Shown here: in pieces, positions 47,701 to 57,865 of the stretch
Numbering within the stretch: position 1 is the stretch's first letter
Layout: every line of letters begins with the position of its first letter
From: Nemertoderma westbladi
Lineage: Eukaryota; Animalia; Xenacoelomorpha
DNA length: 64,000 nt
NCBI GenBank assembly: GCA_032718475.1
Contig: JAUCBJ010005522.1
Location: 693-64,692, forward strand
Direction: 5' to 3'
Made by a program: the position numbers and the translations under genes
Notes under the pieces: model-generated
Told to the model about the DNA's origin: nothing
Databases searched by the model: none
The model's input: the letters and a program-made list of their open reading frames with translations, nothing else

Positions 47701-48060
47701 ACAACCAAACGTTGGACTGGCCAGGGAACCATCGCTGAGGGCCTCCCCAACCACGACTACCTGGTCCGACAGACCAGTGGCCGCGTACTCCGCCGTAACC
47801 GCGTTCTACTCCGGCAGCGCCACTTCACTACGGGGTGCGCCACCCCGACCCCACCACAGGGCGACCCCCCTCAACCAGAGACACCGAGGCAGCCAGTGGC
47901 ACCTCCGACACCGGCCCTACCACAGCCAACGTGGGCTGAAATGGCCGCCAGGCCACAGCCAGCCCCACAACCGGTTACCCCTCCGATCCAGACAAGGTCG
48001 GGGAGAATAATAAAACCGCCCTTACGTTACTCGAACAGCGAGTATAACAAACTAGAGTAA
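44194..48060 (+). CDS. Gypsy pol (PR-RT-RH-IN) in the -1 frame relative to gag; meaningful coding probably starts near 44640
   Basis: PDSGA protease, LDGLKGFHQ, RMPMG, IVED, TDAS, ELEALG, HAAHQG...C..C, DNGPQ, NGRAE, TRSGR. Confidence 0.92.
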   Translation: MPVRRPPHRGGAPQRPVARPVRGGVQRPRGDGATPPPRERSDPLRRSQAGPIRLDGAEGRRLLQHRHPQCHRIPQRGDPPCSDAGRPAHPQPSQPTATAHPLPPVRIHAAPGRKDVPGNKGNVPPLRHDWALRPDVPDQLRRTARPRCHRHADDSCTTANRAEVWSILAGAELEDAPIVSVMESLEPLETVTVGFQVTKNPNFGIAAAQFLPDSGANITALPLPTFRSFGGTTENLRTTQPPPKAPRLANGCRSRWTVIGIFTATLQCPALHTACTTDVWVIDGLQQPLLSRKACFLLAILQSPILRGGRYSDGPPPPPGRTPRSYQMIAPPLSSPREEATPPPPETPTPPSTVPTNTNTAAWAALQQRFPRPLSGKCRVMSGGDITIKLHPGARPTNSYANRAVPINLEAAFNRELDEQVAMGILEPAADERNPGEWLSPMVVTKKKDATKVRITVDLRELNKATVRPTYYSAAPFQVVSRIPTSARVFSVLDGLKGFHQVGLDSSSRRLTTFVTPRGRFRYRRMPMGWHGSSDVFNARMDKALRGIPNIGRIVEDIIIYTDTAEEHSEAVARVLAACDASSISINTAKVQFKQAEVRSFLGLAQQLGNSTAEITRLVDPLCSLNSNLNSWVWLPQHQAAFEATRSTLSSPHYLSGFHPDRRTELLTDASRLNGLGFLLRQWDSDANRWRTVQCGSRTLATHEANWSGMAELEALGAAWAAHKCRYFLDGLRHFELVTDSSPLIPILNDRRLDQVSNDRLLKLKTLMSRFNFTARHQRGSKHVIADAFSRAPRNSPTSDDILLTPEDDADREFIVSAAVAASAATPSVESRDARLDQIREAGQRDPVYRALLATIRDGWPTSKHNVTDDQLRPYFQFRSELMVHDGVILRGPQLYIPVELRPETLRLLHAAHQGLTKTRERACRSVWWPSIPNDIKQTVERCQPCQAALPSHPPEPLQRNPDATRPFQRVHTDIFVLDGTNYLVVTDEFTGWPTLYKLGQNSTSPVIIDCLRRLFLATAVPTVIRPDNGPQLVSDAVRSFLSDWGVRLEPSTPYLPRTNGRAEAAVKALKKLVRGARHNSDEIAQGILAFRNTSRYGGRSPAELLYGRNVREALPVHFTAFDPKWQKTFTELDATSATNQNQLAANYDRHARSLKAMPVGTPVLIQDPTTKRWTGQGTIAEGLPNHDYLVRQTSGRVLRRNRVLLRQRHFTTGCATPTPPQGDPPQPETPRQPVAPPTPALPQPTWAEMAARPQPAPQPVTPPIQTRSGRIIKPPLRYSNSEYNKLE

Positions 48061-48651
48061 CCCGTAACTCCGCAATAAATTGTTTAGGCTATAAACTATT
48101 TGTTTTGAGGCGCTACGCCAACCCCACCCCACCTAAAGAGGGGTATGTGTAGTATCACCATAAGCCCTACGCCTATGGCCCGCTAGATGGCGTAGCTTAT
48201 CTTATTATTATTATATTATGTTCTATGATATCGGTACATCCTTCCTGATTATACAGCAGTACATACTTACTACTGCAGTACTGTACTACGACTGTCTGCA
48301 TTGCTGCACCCTGCCCCCCCTGATTAGTCAGTGACAGTTGTGTGGAATTTGTGCGTTTATAGGTGAATGTTACTACTAAAGTGTGTTTACAGTAGCGAGT
48401 TGCAGTTGTGAAAGTAGCCCTACCTCTGCAGTAAGAACCTGAAGTAAATCTAAGCCCTTGGGACGGACAGTGGAGTGACTCGCGCTGGTTGTTGTTGTCA
48501 TTGTGTAGCTACTACGTTGGCGATAGACACAGCGGTGACAGTACATCAGCGCTGAGGAGCTTGCGCTGTCCGGGGGCATTGAGGGGTAGGCAGCAACGAC
48601 CGCTAGCCTAATTATAATTAATTATAATATCGATAAACTCATATAGCAGCT

Positions 48652-50206
48652 ATGATGGAGTTGATAGAAGATGATCTTGGTATCAGGGAGCGATATACCC
48701 TACCATTGCAAGCGTTTGTTGATAGTTTAATACACGGCGACGCTAGTCAACCCACTACGGAGGACGATGGCCGTTATATCGAACCGCCAATGTCAAAGGC
48801 ACAGCTCATGTGTGAATTGGACTATAGAAATTTCACCGCTCACTATACGCATCGTAATGGTACGTATATGGACTTCTTAACTACTGGTCATCCTATCGAT
48901 TTACACAATACGGACGATGTGGACACCAAAAGGGAAATGATCCTATTTAAATATCATACCCAGCGGAGTCGGAACGATAAACTGAGAATCGAACACGAAA
49001 AATTCTATTCAAAATCGACTCAAAAGAGAAAACGTTGAAAAACCGGATAAACGCAGTGACTTCAACGTATATTTGGAATTCTTGAGAGTAACATTGTAAA
49101 ACTGGAGAATGATCACCCGCGTTTCCCCTACAAGACGTGCGTCTTTGGTATTATTACGATGAATGCCCTAGCCCCAACCAACAAACGGAAAGACATAAAC
49201 ATCCGCGGAGACGTTGCGCTAAACACAGTTTTACTCGCTATACTTACGGGAGTTTCGAGCGAAGCTTGTTCAACGTATCACCTACGCTCGCTCGACTCAA
49301 AAGATCCTTAAATAAACCGATGATCAGAGTTCCGGAATACTCGGTCAGACCTCCTCATTCCCTGGTGAGACCTCAGACTCTTGATCCTAATAGTATGATG
49401 GACCCTCCTGAACTGTACTCACTGTTCAAAGATCTAGTGTTACTCGAACAATTAATCGGTGGCACTCCGGTTGTGGGCTCCCTAGATATTCGCCCATCCT
49501 ACCTAGCTGAATTGGGACGCGGACATTTAATATCGCCGTTCAACCCGTATAATCGTCCCGGTTTAACCCCGATACAACCTGTCACCGAGGTGGAGGAGAG
49601 AGTTGTACGCAACGCGTTAGACACTATTCGACAAAAGATCGGAAAAGGAACCTACGATTGTTTAGAGAAACATAAATTGCAGCAGCAAGTCCAAGCGGTA
49701 AACGAATTAGCTTTATTTCAGTTCGATTGGGAAATCCAGAATCTCTAAGAAGATATCGAACTTGGACAACCCTACTCTCTGAAAGAGTTTTAGACGAATG
49801 CTTCCAACGACAAGCGGAGGAAAATCAGCTCGAGGAGAAGCATATCGATTTCGACAGAGCCCGAGAAAGCGAGTCGGAAAGAACCATCAAACCGAGGAAA
49901 TTTCTCACTACACACGGTCCACCTACCACTCTCGTGCAGACGACTCGTCAGGGACCAGTAAGAGCTGCTGTCCTGAAACATGCTCTGAAGGTTGTTCGAC
50001 CTCGCTCCACTGAGGTTGATATCGATCAACCGGGTACCTCGACCGGCGGGTACACCGACCGTAATCCTAAACCTTCCGATGCAATTGTATTGCTCCCTTC
50101 ACCCAGGAGTTATAGCCCTCCTAGTAAAGTGGCTCGCCCCAAAGAGAAAAGGAATCTTGCTAGCCTCAAAAAACTGCGTAAACGCCGTTCGCGTAAGAAG
50201 GACTAA
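48652..50206 (+). pseudogene. Unknown accessory ORF in the BEL internal region (three frameshifted segments: 48652-49038, 49137-49748, 49727-50206)
   Basis: Near-contiguous same-strand ORFs of normal globular composition, ending in a basic tail; located just before the PPT-like gggagcgg (50277-50284). Confidence 0.6.
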
Positions 50207-50284
50207 CTGTTTAGAGTATTTTTATATTTTAGAAACTGTGATTTTTTATATTTTATAGAATTAAATCCCATTTTCTGGGAGCGG

Positions 50285-52351
50285 TGTAAAAGCTTTTGCG
50301 GATATAACAAGTCATTTTTCTCCGCAATATACCGTGTAGGTGTTTTAGCGGACATAACAAGCCATTTTCTCCGCAATGTACCATGAAGGTGCTTTAGCGG
50401 ATATAACAAGCCATTTTCTGCCGCAATGCGCCTAATACTCTAAAAGACTGGAACTCAGATGACGAAATCTGTCAGCTGATTTACTGTAAACATGGAACAT
50501 CTCTTTGTTCAGCTCGCTCAGCCAATCAGAACGATTTTCATTTTATCTTGTACAGAGGCCTACGGAAAACCGCGCAATGCATTACGGTTTTTGTTTACCT
50601 TTCTGAGCCTCAGAACATCGGCTTGGAAATTATTTCTGTGCTTCGGTAGAAGTTTCAGACTTTGGCCAACATTAGACGGCTTTGATTATAAGAACGTAAA
50701 TCTATTATCTGGCCCTACTGAATAACACCTGGTCACCCGATCAACTCAACTACTGAACTCGGCACCTACCGACATACTGACTTTCACCGCATTATTTTAC
50801 TTCTGTTATTATTTGTTGTTATATGGATATATTGTTGATATATTTGGAGAATACCGATAAATAATCATAAAACCCCCAATCTTCTTGATTACTGAAGGTA
50901 AGAGGGACCGGTTACCTGTAGCAATTGCGACTTACATTATAGTGGTTTTTGTGTGAATTAAATGCTATTTCATAATCCCTACATGTGTCAGTTTCTATCC
51001 TCCTTATATATGATCAAATTCAGTGACGGTCGGCAGATCAGTGTGAAGTAGTGTGAAGTCGTGTGCAGTAGTGTGACAGATAATAAAGCATCTCCTAAAG
51101 AATGCGCTATTTACGGAAATCAGTAGCCATCTCGTTGTGTTTAGTATAAGTCATAACTCTGTTTTATACTTAAAGCGCCACGTCCTAAAGGAACTGTTAA
51201 TATTTCCCCGAAAGTGAATAATATTGTCAGAGATTATATAGTAACAATCAATCGAATAATACAGTAGGTCTGCAACGCAATAAATTTCAAAGCACCCGAA
51301 TCCAGTCTCCCTTAAGGGGGGGGTATACCCCCCCTCAGGTAAAATTTTCAAATTGTTGTTTCTTTATTTCACCTAGAGCAGAATTTAATGAGGATTACAA
51401 ATCTGAAAACCGCTTAGTGAGACCTCTTTCAGTTCTCGAGTTATCACTGTTTTTCCGTATGACGGTCTGTCCGTCAAATTGTAAGAAAGACAGAAGACCG
51501 ACAGTCAGACAGATAAACTAGATTCCACCAAAAATTAAAACTGACATCGGAAATGAAATCAGCGACCCCGAAAACCCCCGTAATGAACATTTTAGCTCGT
51601 TGGTGTGCATCATTCGTGCCAGAAATAATTAACCAACCAGAACGCAGACAGCCAGTTTTGGCGGGACGGTTTAAACTTTGAAGGGCATTTTCTCGGAATG
51701 ACATTTTTCATTTTCAAATTACTACTCCTCCGTTATTTTTCAACCAATTTTCTTCATTTATGGCTCATTCGAACGAGCTTTGGAAGCTCTTTAAAAGTTA
51801 TCTTATGGAATTTTGATAAATATTACCATTTTTTATAATTAGCCAATTTTAATTAAAAATATGATAATTAATTAATTAAATTAATTAATTAAAATAAAAA
51901 TGGCTAATTAAAAATTCTATAAGATAACTTTTGTAGAGTCGATCACGCTGAGTCCAAAAAAGTTGGTTTCAAGAAATTTGGATCAAAATTGAGAGACTAG
52001 TAGCAATTTTAGTGAAATATTTAATTCCGCCGCCAGCCGCTAGGGGGAGGCTACAAATTTTCAAATTTTACTATAAAAGCTATTTGGCCTTCCATACAGT
52101 TGTTGACCATGAAAAAATAGCAATATTATCATTTAACACTATTTGACAGCTATTTTAAAAAAAGGTTCATGGGGGGGTATACCCCCCCCCCCCCCCCCCC
52201 TTAACTGTGGGTGAATGATCGCGCATAGACTGGCTTCGGCTAATGTTACTTCATGTGCACTAAATAATTGTTATAGGCTAAAGTCGATTTATAAACAAGA
52301 GGACACCTAAAATTGGCAGGTTAAACTGCTAAAGGTCTGAAAGCGCGAACA
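50285..52351 (+). repeat. BEL 3' LTR (TGT...AACA), interrupted at 51316-52200
   Basis: Starts TGTAAAAG right after a purine tract; matches the 5' LTR from 50445; ends gcgcgaaca. Confidence 0.75.
51316..52200. mobile_element. Non-autonomous TTAA-specific DNA element, Kolobok-like (GG...CC termini)
   Basis: Absent from the 5' LTR (empty site ccTTAActgtg at ~34132); TTAA duplicated at 51312-51315 and 52201-52204; TIRs G(n)TATAC(n). Confidence 0.85.
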
Positions 52352-52974
52352 GGGAGGGTGGGTGCGGTTAAGTAGACAAGCTTTGTATTAGTGACGGCGG
52401 TGACGGTCTTAAACTGTCACCGTACTGCCGTGACTGTACTGAGATAACTGACTAACTAAACTAAACATCAACCGTTAATATACTCTAGGTTGGCCGTGTT
52501 ACTCAGCTGATGCCCTGCTGTCCCCCCATTGGCTAGTAACCTACTTCACACCCTGAACTTTGTGGGAGTGTTTCCCCCCCGCTGCTGTTACTCTCTCTCC
52601 TTGACCTCTAACCTCTATTGTGTGTGTATCCCTTTGGGGTTTGTCGCCCCGCTTATTGGGGTGATACAAGGTTGATTGGTAATCAACCTTGTACTCCCAA
52701 TATTGCCTAATACCAACTTTGTGTGGGCCTGGTTAGCGGAATTGAATACGCTAACAAGACAGACTGAGAGGAAGACAGACAGACATGATTGTCTGTCTAT
52801 ATTTTTACAAGTCATGTCCGATCGGTAGTGAAACTACGGCATATGGGGAAATTATCACAAAATTTCAGCCCCGCAAATCTTCCCAGTTTTTCACAGGACC
52901 AACGCAAAAACCAAATAACAGACAGACAGACACACAGACATAGATTTTAGATAGAATCATAGATAGAAATTAAT

Positions 52975-53172
52975 TTGCTGTCCACCACTTCTATTCACAC
53001 CAGGCGGATACCACAGCACAAGGTTGTGTACAGGTTGATCCTGCCGGTGGAAACTGTGCCCAGCAAGCATCAGGCGGCGTCTCTGCAGCGTGATGCTGGG
53101 TTTTGGCAATGATATGTTACCATAGTTGTATAACATATCATTGCTTATTTGTGCGTCATATGTAACGTAATG
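52975..53172 (-). mobile_element. Diverged RTE RT C-terminal fragment
   Basis: ISNDMLYN...PSITLQRRRLMLAGHSFHRQDQPVHNLVLW is homologous to the C-terminus of the 5751-7859 ORF. Confidence 0.8.
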
Positions 53173-53400
53173 AAATTTATACAATTTATCCTTGAATAGT
53201 CTTGATTTACTTGTAAGAATTTTATATTTCTTTGATAGTTGTATCATACAAAATAAAATGGGCAGAGAAACTGACAGACAGTCAGTCAGTCAGACCGACA
53301 GACAGGGTACATTTATCATGATACTGAACTTGGATTCTCTTGTTTTACTGATATGAATTTTATATTTCATTGATAATTGTAGCATACCAGAGAAACAGAT

Positions 53401-53790
53401 AGACGGCGGACGGACGGACGGACGGACGGACGGACGGACGGACGGACGGACGGACGGACGGACGGACGGACGGACGGACGGGACGGACGGACGGACGGAC
53501 GGACGGACGGACGGACGGACGGACGGACGGACGGACGGACGGACGGACGGACGGACGGACGGACGGACGGACGGACGGACGGACGGACGGACGGACGGAC
53601 GGACGGACGGACGGACGGACGGACGGACGGGACGGACGGACGGACGGACGGACGGACGGACGGACGGACGGACGGACGGACGGACGGACGGACGGACGGA
53701 CGGACGGACGGACGGACGGACGGACGGACGGACGGACGGACGGACGGACGGACGGACGGACGGACGGACGGACGGACGGACGGACGGATG

Positions 53791-53837
<47 letters not shown>

Positions 53838-53870
53838 GGACAGACAGACAAGCAGACATACAGACAGATA
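53401..53870. repeat. (GACG)n microsatellite grading into (GACA)n
   Basis: Directly visible; about 390 bp of GACG followed by GACA. Confidence 0.98.
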
Positions 53871-53904
53871 TAAACGTCGTATAAATTTCAGATTCCCATT
53901 TTTT

Positions 53905-53967
53905 CATAGCATCAGCGCAAACACAAGGGGGGTGTCGATTTGACCCTCCCCTCCGGCTCTTAGAGGG
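53905..53967. mobile_element. One terminus of a piggyBac-like MITE at a satellite TTAA
   Basis: ...ctccggctcttagAGGG|TTAA, i.e. TTAA-CCCT on the minus strand; partner end not found. Confidence 0.45.
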
Positions 53968-54135
53968 TTAAGTAGACGTTCTAAGGTAGGTGGGTGGGTG
54001 CGTTTAAGTAGACGTGCTTAGGTAGGTGTGTGGGTGCGGTTAAGTAGACGAGCTTCATCTTGGGTGGGAGGGTGGGTGCGGTTAAGTAGATGTGCTTAGG
54101 TGGGAGGGTGGGTGCAGTTAAGTAGGTGTGCTTAG

Positions 54136-56115
54136 GGGCAATTCCACCATTGATGTAACACTTATGTCGAAAATAAAAAGTCATCTAATCAGCTTAATTT
54201 TGGTATCAAAATGACGAGAAAGAATTAAATTTTTAATAAAAGTGACGGATTCTTAATTTTTTTGAGGGTAACAACTGGGTTTTCATTATTTAATATGAGA
54301 AATTTTTTTTACGTATTTTCAAATTTGTAGAAATTAATCCATGTCATTTTTGAGATAATCTTACTACCATTGAAATTGTCTGATTAAGACAGGTAATTAC
54401 ACCAACCGAAAATTCAACATTTATTAGAAGCTTATTGATGATAAAAATTTGAATATTGACAGAATAGCATTGTGTATTCAAAGTTTCAAAAATTTTAGAT
54501 TTGGCCTACAGAATTATGTGAGTCCGTAACGAAAAGTACTTAAAGTTTTAATTTGGAGTACACCCCGCATGTGTATTGCACTGACAATCATTTTCCTTTG
54601 GGTTTACAACCAATCAAAACCATCCATTAGGTCTCTATGGTCTGTATTGCAGCTGAACTGTTTAAGAACAGCGTTACGGACTCACACATTGTTCGTTACG
54701 GACTCACCATGCGGTAGGTTAGGTAAGAATCATTCTGCTTTGCATACATTATTCACTATGTAAACTGAAAGTATTCAGCTCCTTTTAGTCTGACAATTGT
54801 CCATCGACAGTACATTCGAACGTATTCATTCATACATCATCCTAATGTACGACATTCTTCATTGCGCCCGTTTAATCCTGTCTCTTACGTCTAATACTCA
54901 CATTTCTGGTGCTGAAAGGGCCAAACGGCATATATCACGAATGACAGAAGTTACTGACCAAGATGGTATAGTATGATACACTCGAAGTTCGCCAAGATTT
55001 CATGAAACGAGTGAGCGAATGATGGATTGAGATACCAAACATATCGTCAGTTAGGCCAGGGATTACGCACAAAGTCTCAATAATAAAGTGTATATTTCCA
55101 GTGCGGTCCCCTCCTATATTCCCCAGAGGAAACTCCATTTCTCATTTAGCTACCATTTACGGACGGAAGAGATGCGCCCTGGCTAATAAGTCCCTTTATG
55201 GTCTTTAAAGTATTCGTGCCGAAACGAAAACTACCCTAGCCCTCATGATGGGATCGAACCCACGACCCAAGGAGAGATGTGATTTCAATGCCACCGATTT
55301 AACCAACTACGCCAAGGTGGAATAACTTAAGTACAGTGATAGTAGTGATCGTAAAACATAAATACAACGAAATACTGTTCAAAATTTATTTTCCAGTATA
55401 AAAATTTTTTCCGTGAGCGTGGTATTTATGTTGTTAAAGAAATAGAAATTGGTCATTTTAACAAATTATGGTCATATGAACTTATAGGATATTAAATATA
55501 CACTACTATACACACACCAAATATGCCTACTCAAAATATGAACACTACTAAAGATATATCTAATAGTGATACTTAAGGTACATTGTGAAAGCGAAAGGTA
55601 TATAAGTAATAAATATATTTATTGAATAAATACCATAAACAATCATTGGTCGTTGCTCTTTTTTTTCTAAACAATATAACGAGTGCATAACGATTTCAAG
55701 TGTGAGTCCGTAACAATTTTTTCTGTGAGTCCGTAACGAACAATTTCTCTATAAATGAGGTTTACCACCATATGTTTCTGCTATTAACTTACAAATTTAC
55801 AAAATTTGATGTATCTACCTCTCATTGTGAAAGTTATAACGTATGGCGTTAAACATTTCAAGAGAATTTGTCAAAATAAAATGGAGTAATTTTTCTTTGT
55901 CCATTTGCATGTGAGTCCGTAACGGGCACTATAATTACAATATCCTATAAATCTAATGAGATACAACTCTGTTTTATAAGTCAACGTAGAGATGTACCAT
56001 TAATCCATCAGCCACCATAGGTGAATATTATTTATATTGTAAAGTTATTAATTAAATATGCCAATTACATTCGAAAATTGCGTATGAATGTGAGTCCGTA
56101 ACGATGGAATTGCCC
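54136..56115. mobile_element. Non-autonomous TIR element with 4-bp TSD (Sola2-like) inserted in satellite E
   Basis: TIRs GGGCAATTCCA...TGGAATTGCCC; TTAG on both sides (54132-54135 and 56116-56119); repeated internal GTGAGTCCGTAAC. Confidence 0.8.
54780..55320 (-). mobile_element. tRNA-derived SINE nested in the TIR element; 3' boundary approximate
   Basis: Head at 55240-55320 with A box TGGCGTAGTTGG and B box GGTTCGATCC. Confidence 0.7.
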
Positions 56116-57466
56116 TTAGGTAGGTGGGTGGGTGCGGTTAAGTAGACGTGCTTCCTCTTAGGTGGGAGGGTGGGTGCGGTTAAGTAGACGTGCTCAGGTG
56201 GGAGGGTGGGTGCGGTTAAGTAGACGTGCTTAGGTGGGAGGGTGGGTGCAGTTAAGTAGGTGTGCTTAGGTAGGTGGGTGGGTCGGTTAAGTAGACGTGC
56301 TTAGGTGGGTGGGTGTGTGCGGTTAAGTAGACGTGCTTAGGTAGGTTGGTGGGTCGGTTAAGTCGACAACGTGCATAGGTGAGTGGGTGGGTGCGGTTAA
56401 GTAGACGTGCTTAGGTGGGAGGGTAGGTGCGGTTAAGTAGGTGTGCTTAGGTAGGTGGGTGGGTGCGGTTAAGTATACGTGCTTCCTCTTAGGTGGGAGG
56501 GTGGGTGCGGTTAAGTAGACGTGCTTAGGTGGGAGGGTGGGTGCGGTTAAGTAGACGTGCTTAGGTGGGAGGGTGGGTGCAGTTAAGTAGGTGTGCTTAG
56601 GTAGGTGGGTGGGTCGGTTAAGTAGACGTGCTTAGGTGGGTGGGTGTGTGCGGTTAAGTAGACGTGTTAGGTAGGTGGGTGGGTCGGTTAAATAGGACGT
56701 GCTTAGGTAGGTGGGTGGGTGAGGTTAAGTAGACTTGCTTAGGTACGATGGTGGGTGCAGTTAAGTAAACGTGATTAGGTAGGTGGGAGTCGGTTAAGTA
56801 GGTCTGCTTAGGTGGGAGGGTGGGTGCGGTTGAGTAGACGAGCTTAGGTAGGTGGGTGGGTCGGTTAAGTAGGTGTGCTTAAGTGGGAGGGTGGGTGCGG
56901 TTAAGTAGACGTGCTTAGGAGGGTGGGTGGGTGCGGTTAAGTAGGTTTGCTTAGGTGAGTGGGTGGGTGCGGTTAAGTAGACGTGCTTAGGTAGGTGGGT
57001 TGGTCGGTTAAGTAGGTGTGCTTAGGTGGGAGGGTGGGTGCGGTTAAGTAGACGTGCTTAGGTAGGTGGGTGGGTCGGTTAAGTAGCCGTGCGTAGGTGG
57101 GAGGGTGGTGCCGGTACATTAGAGGTGCTTATGTGGGAGGGTGGGTGCGGTTAAGTAGGTGTGCTTAGGTAGGTGGGTGGGTCGGTTAAGTATACGTTCT
57201 TAAGTGGGTGGGTGGGTGCGGTTTTAATTAGACGTGCTTAGATGGGAGGGTAGGTGCGGTTAAGTAGCTGTGCTTAGGTAGGTGGGTGGGTGTGGTTAAG
57301 TAGACGTGCTTAGGTCCACATAATTCTTCTTACTCCTTCTTATTGGTTGTATAAATATTTAAATCGTCCCATCAGAGACTGCTTAAAATTTGGATGTTCT
57401 AACGCCTCCTGTTACATTGTTACCAACAGCTACCGGTAGCAACAGTGTCAGAGAGTTCTCTACTAC

Positions 57467-57865
57467 GGTTGGGTGCAATCTTCGCCCGCGTACAACTTTC
57501 GCCCGCGTCCAATCTTCGCCAGCGTACAACTTTCGCCCGGGGGAAACCTTCGCCCGCAAGTCAGTCTTCGCCCGCGAGCAACCTTCGCTCAATACGATTT
57601 GCGTTAGTAACCATTTTAATTACAAATTGAGGGAAAGGAGCAGGTTACAGAGACGGCTTTTTCTAACCAAAACAATAAACGATGGTGTTACTAATTGAGT
57701 GAAAGGAGTAGGTTGCAGAGACGGCTTTTTCTAACCAAAACAATAATTGTTTATGGGGCGAAGATTGCCCGCGGGTGAAGGTTTCCGCCTGGCGATAGTT
57801 GCTCATTTTGAGGGCGAAGATTGCTCCGGGCGAAGTTTTCTCGCGGGCGAAGTTTGCTGCGGACC
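57467..57865. mobile_element. MULE-like MITE with subterminal cttcgcccg arrays
   Basis: Left arm repeats of ttcgcccg, right arm repeats of gggcgaag, GG...CC ends, flanking direct repeat CTACTAC. Confidence 0.75.

Larger units (their letters stand above)
43492..48330 (+). mobile_element. Young Ty3/Gypsy (Mag-like) LTR retrotransposon nested in the BEL element
   Basis: 185-bp TG...CA LTRs (43492-43676 and 48146-48330) with no difference seen by eye; 5-bp TSD GTGAC; PPT aaagaggggta at 48135-48145. Confidence 0.97.
33279..52351 (+). mobile_element. Decayed BEL/Pao LTR retrotransposon with two nested insertions
   Basis: Long direct repeats 33279-34282 and 50445-52351 both ending in AACA; BEL-type gag, RNase H and integrase between them. 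Confidence 0.85.
53968..57314. repeat. 35-36-bp G-rich satellite E (blocks 53968-54135 and 56116-57314; orphan unit at 52352-52378)
   Basis: Unit GGTGGGAGGGTGGGTGCGGTTAAGTAGACGTGCTTA. Confidence 0.93.

Noticed and set aside
43543-48010. Antisense and alternate-frame ORFs in the Gypsy element, or bacterial contamination
   Set aside because: Shadow ORFs of GC-rich coding DNA; LTRs and a TSD show a genuine integrated retrotransposon.
48652-50206. env gene
   Set aside because: No signal peptide, transmembrane anchor or cysteine-rich ectodomain is visible.
53290-53907. (RPSV)n ORFs
   Set aside because: Translation of a (GACG)n microsatellite.
54990-55060. Hammerhead ribozyme in the SINE (minus-strand CTGACGA...GAAA)
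   Set aside because: Stems I-III cannot be formed around the core.
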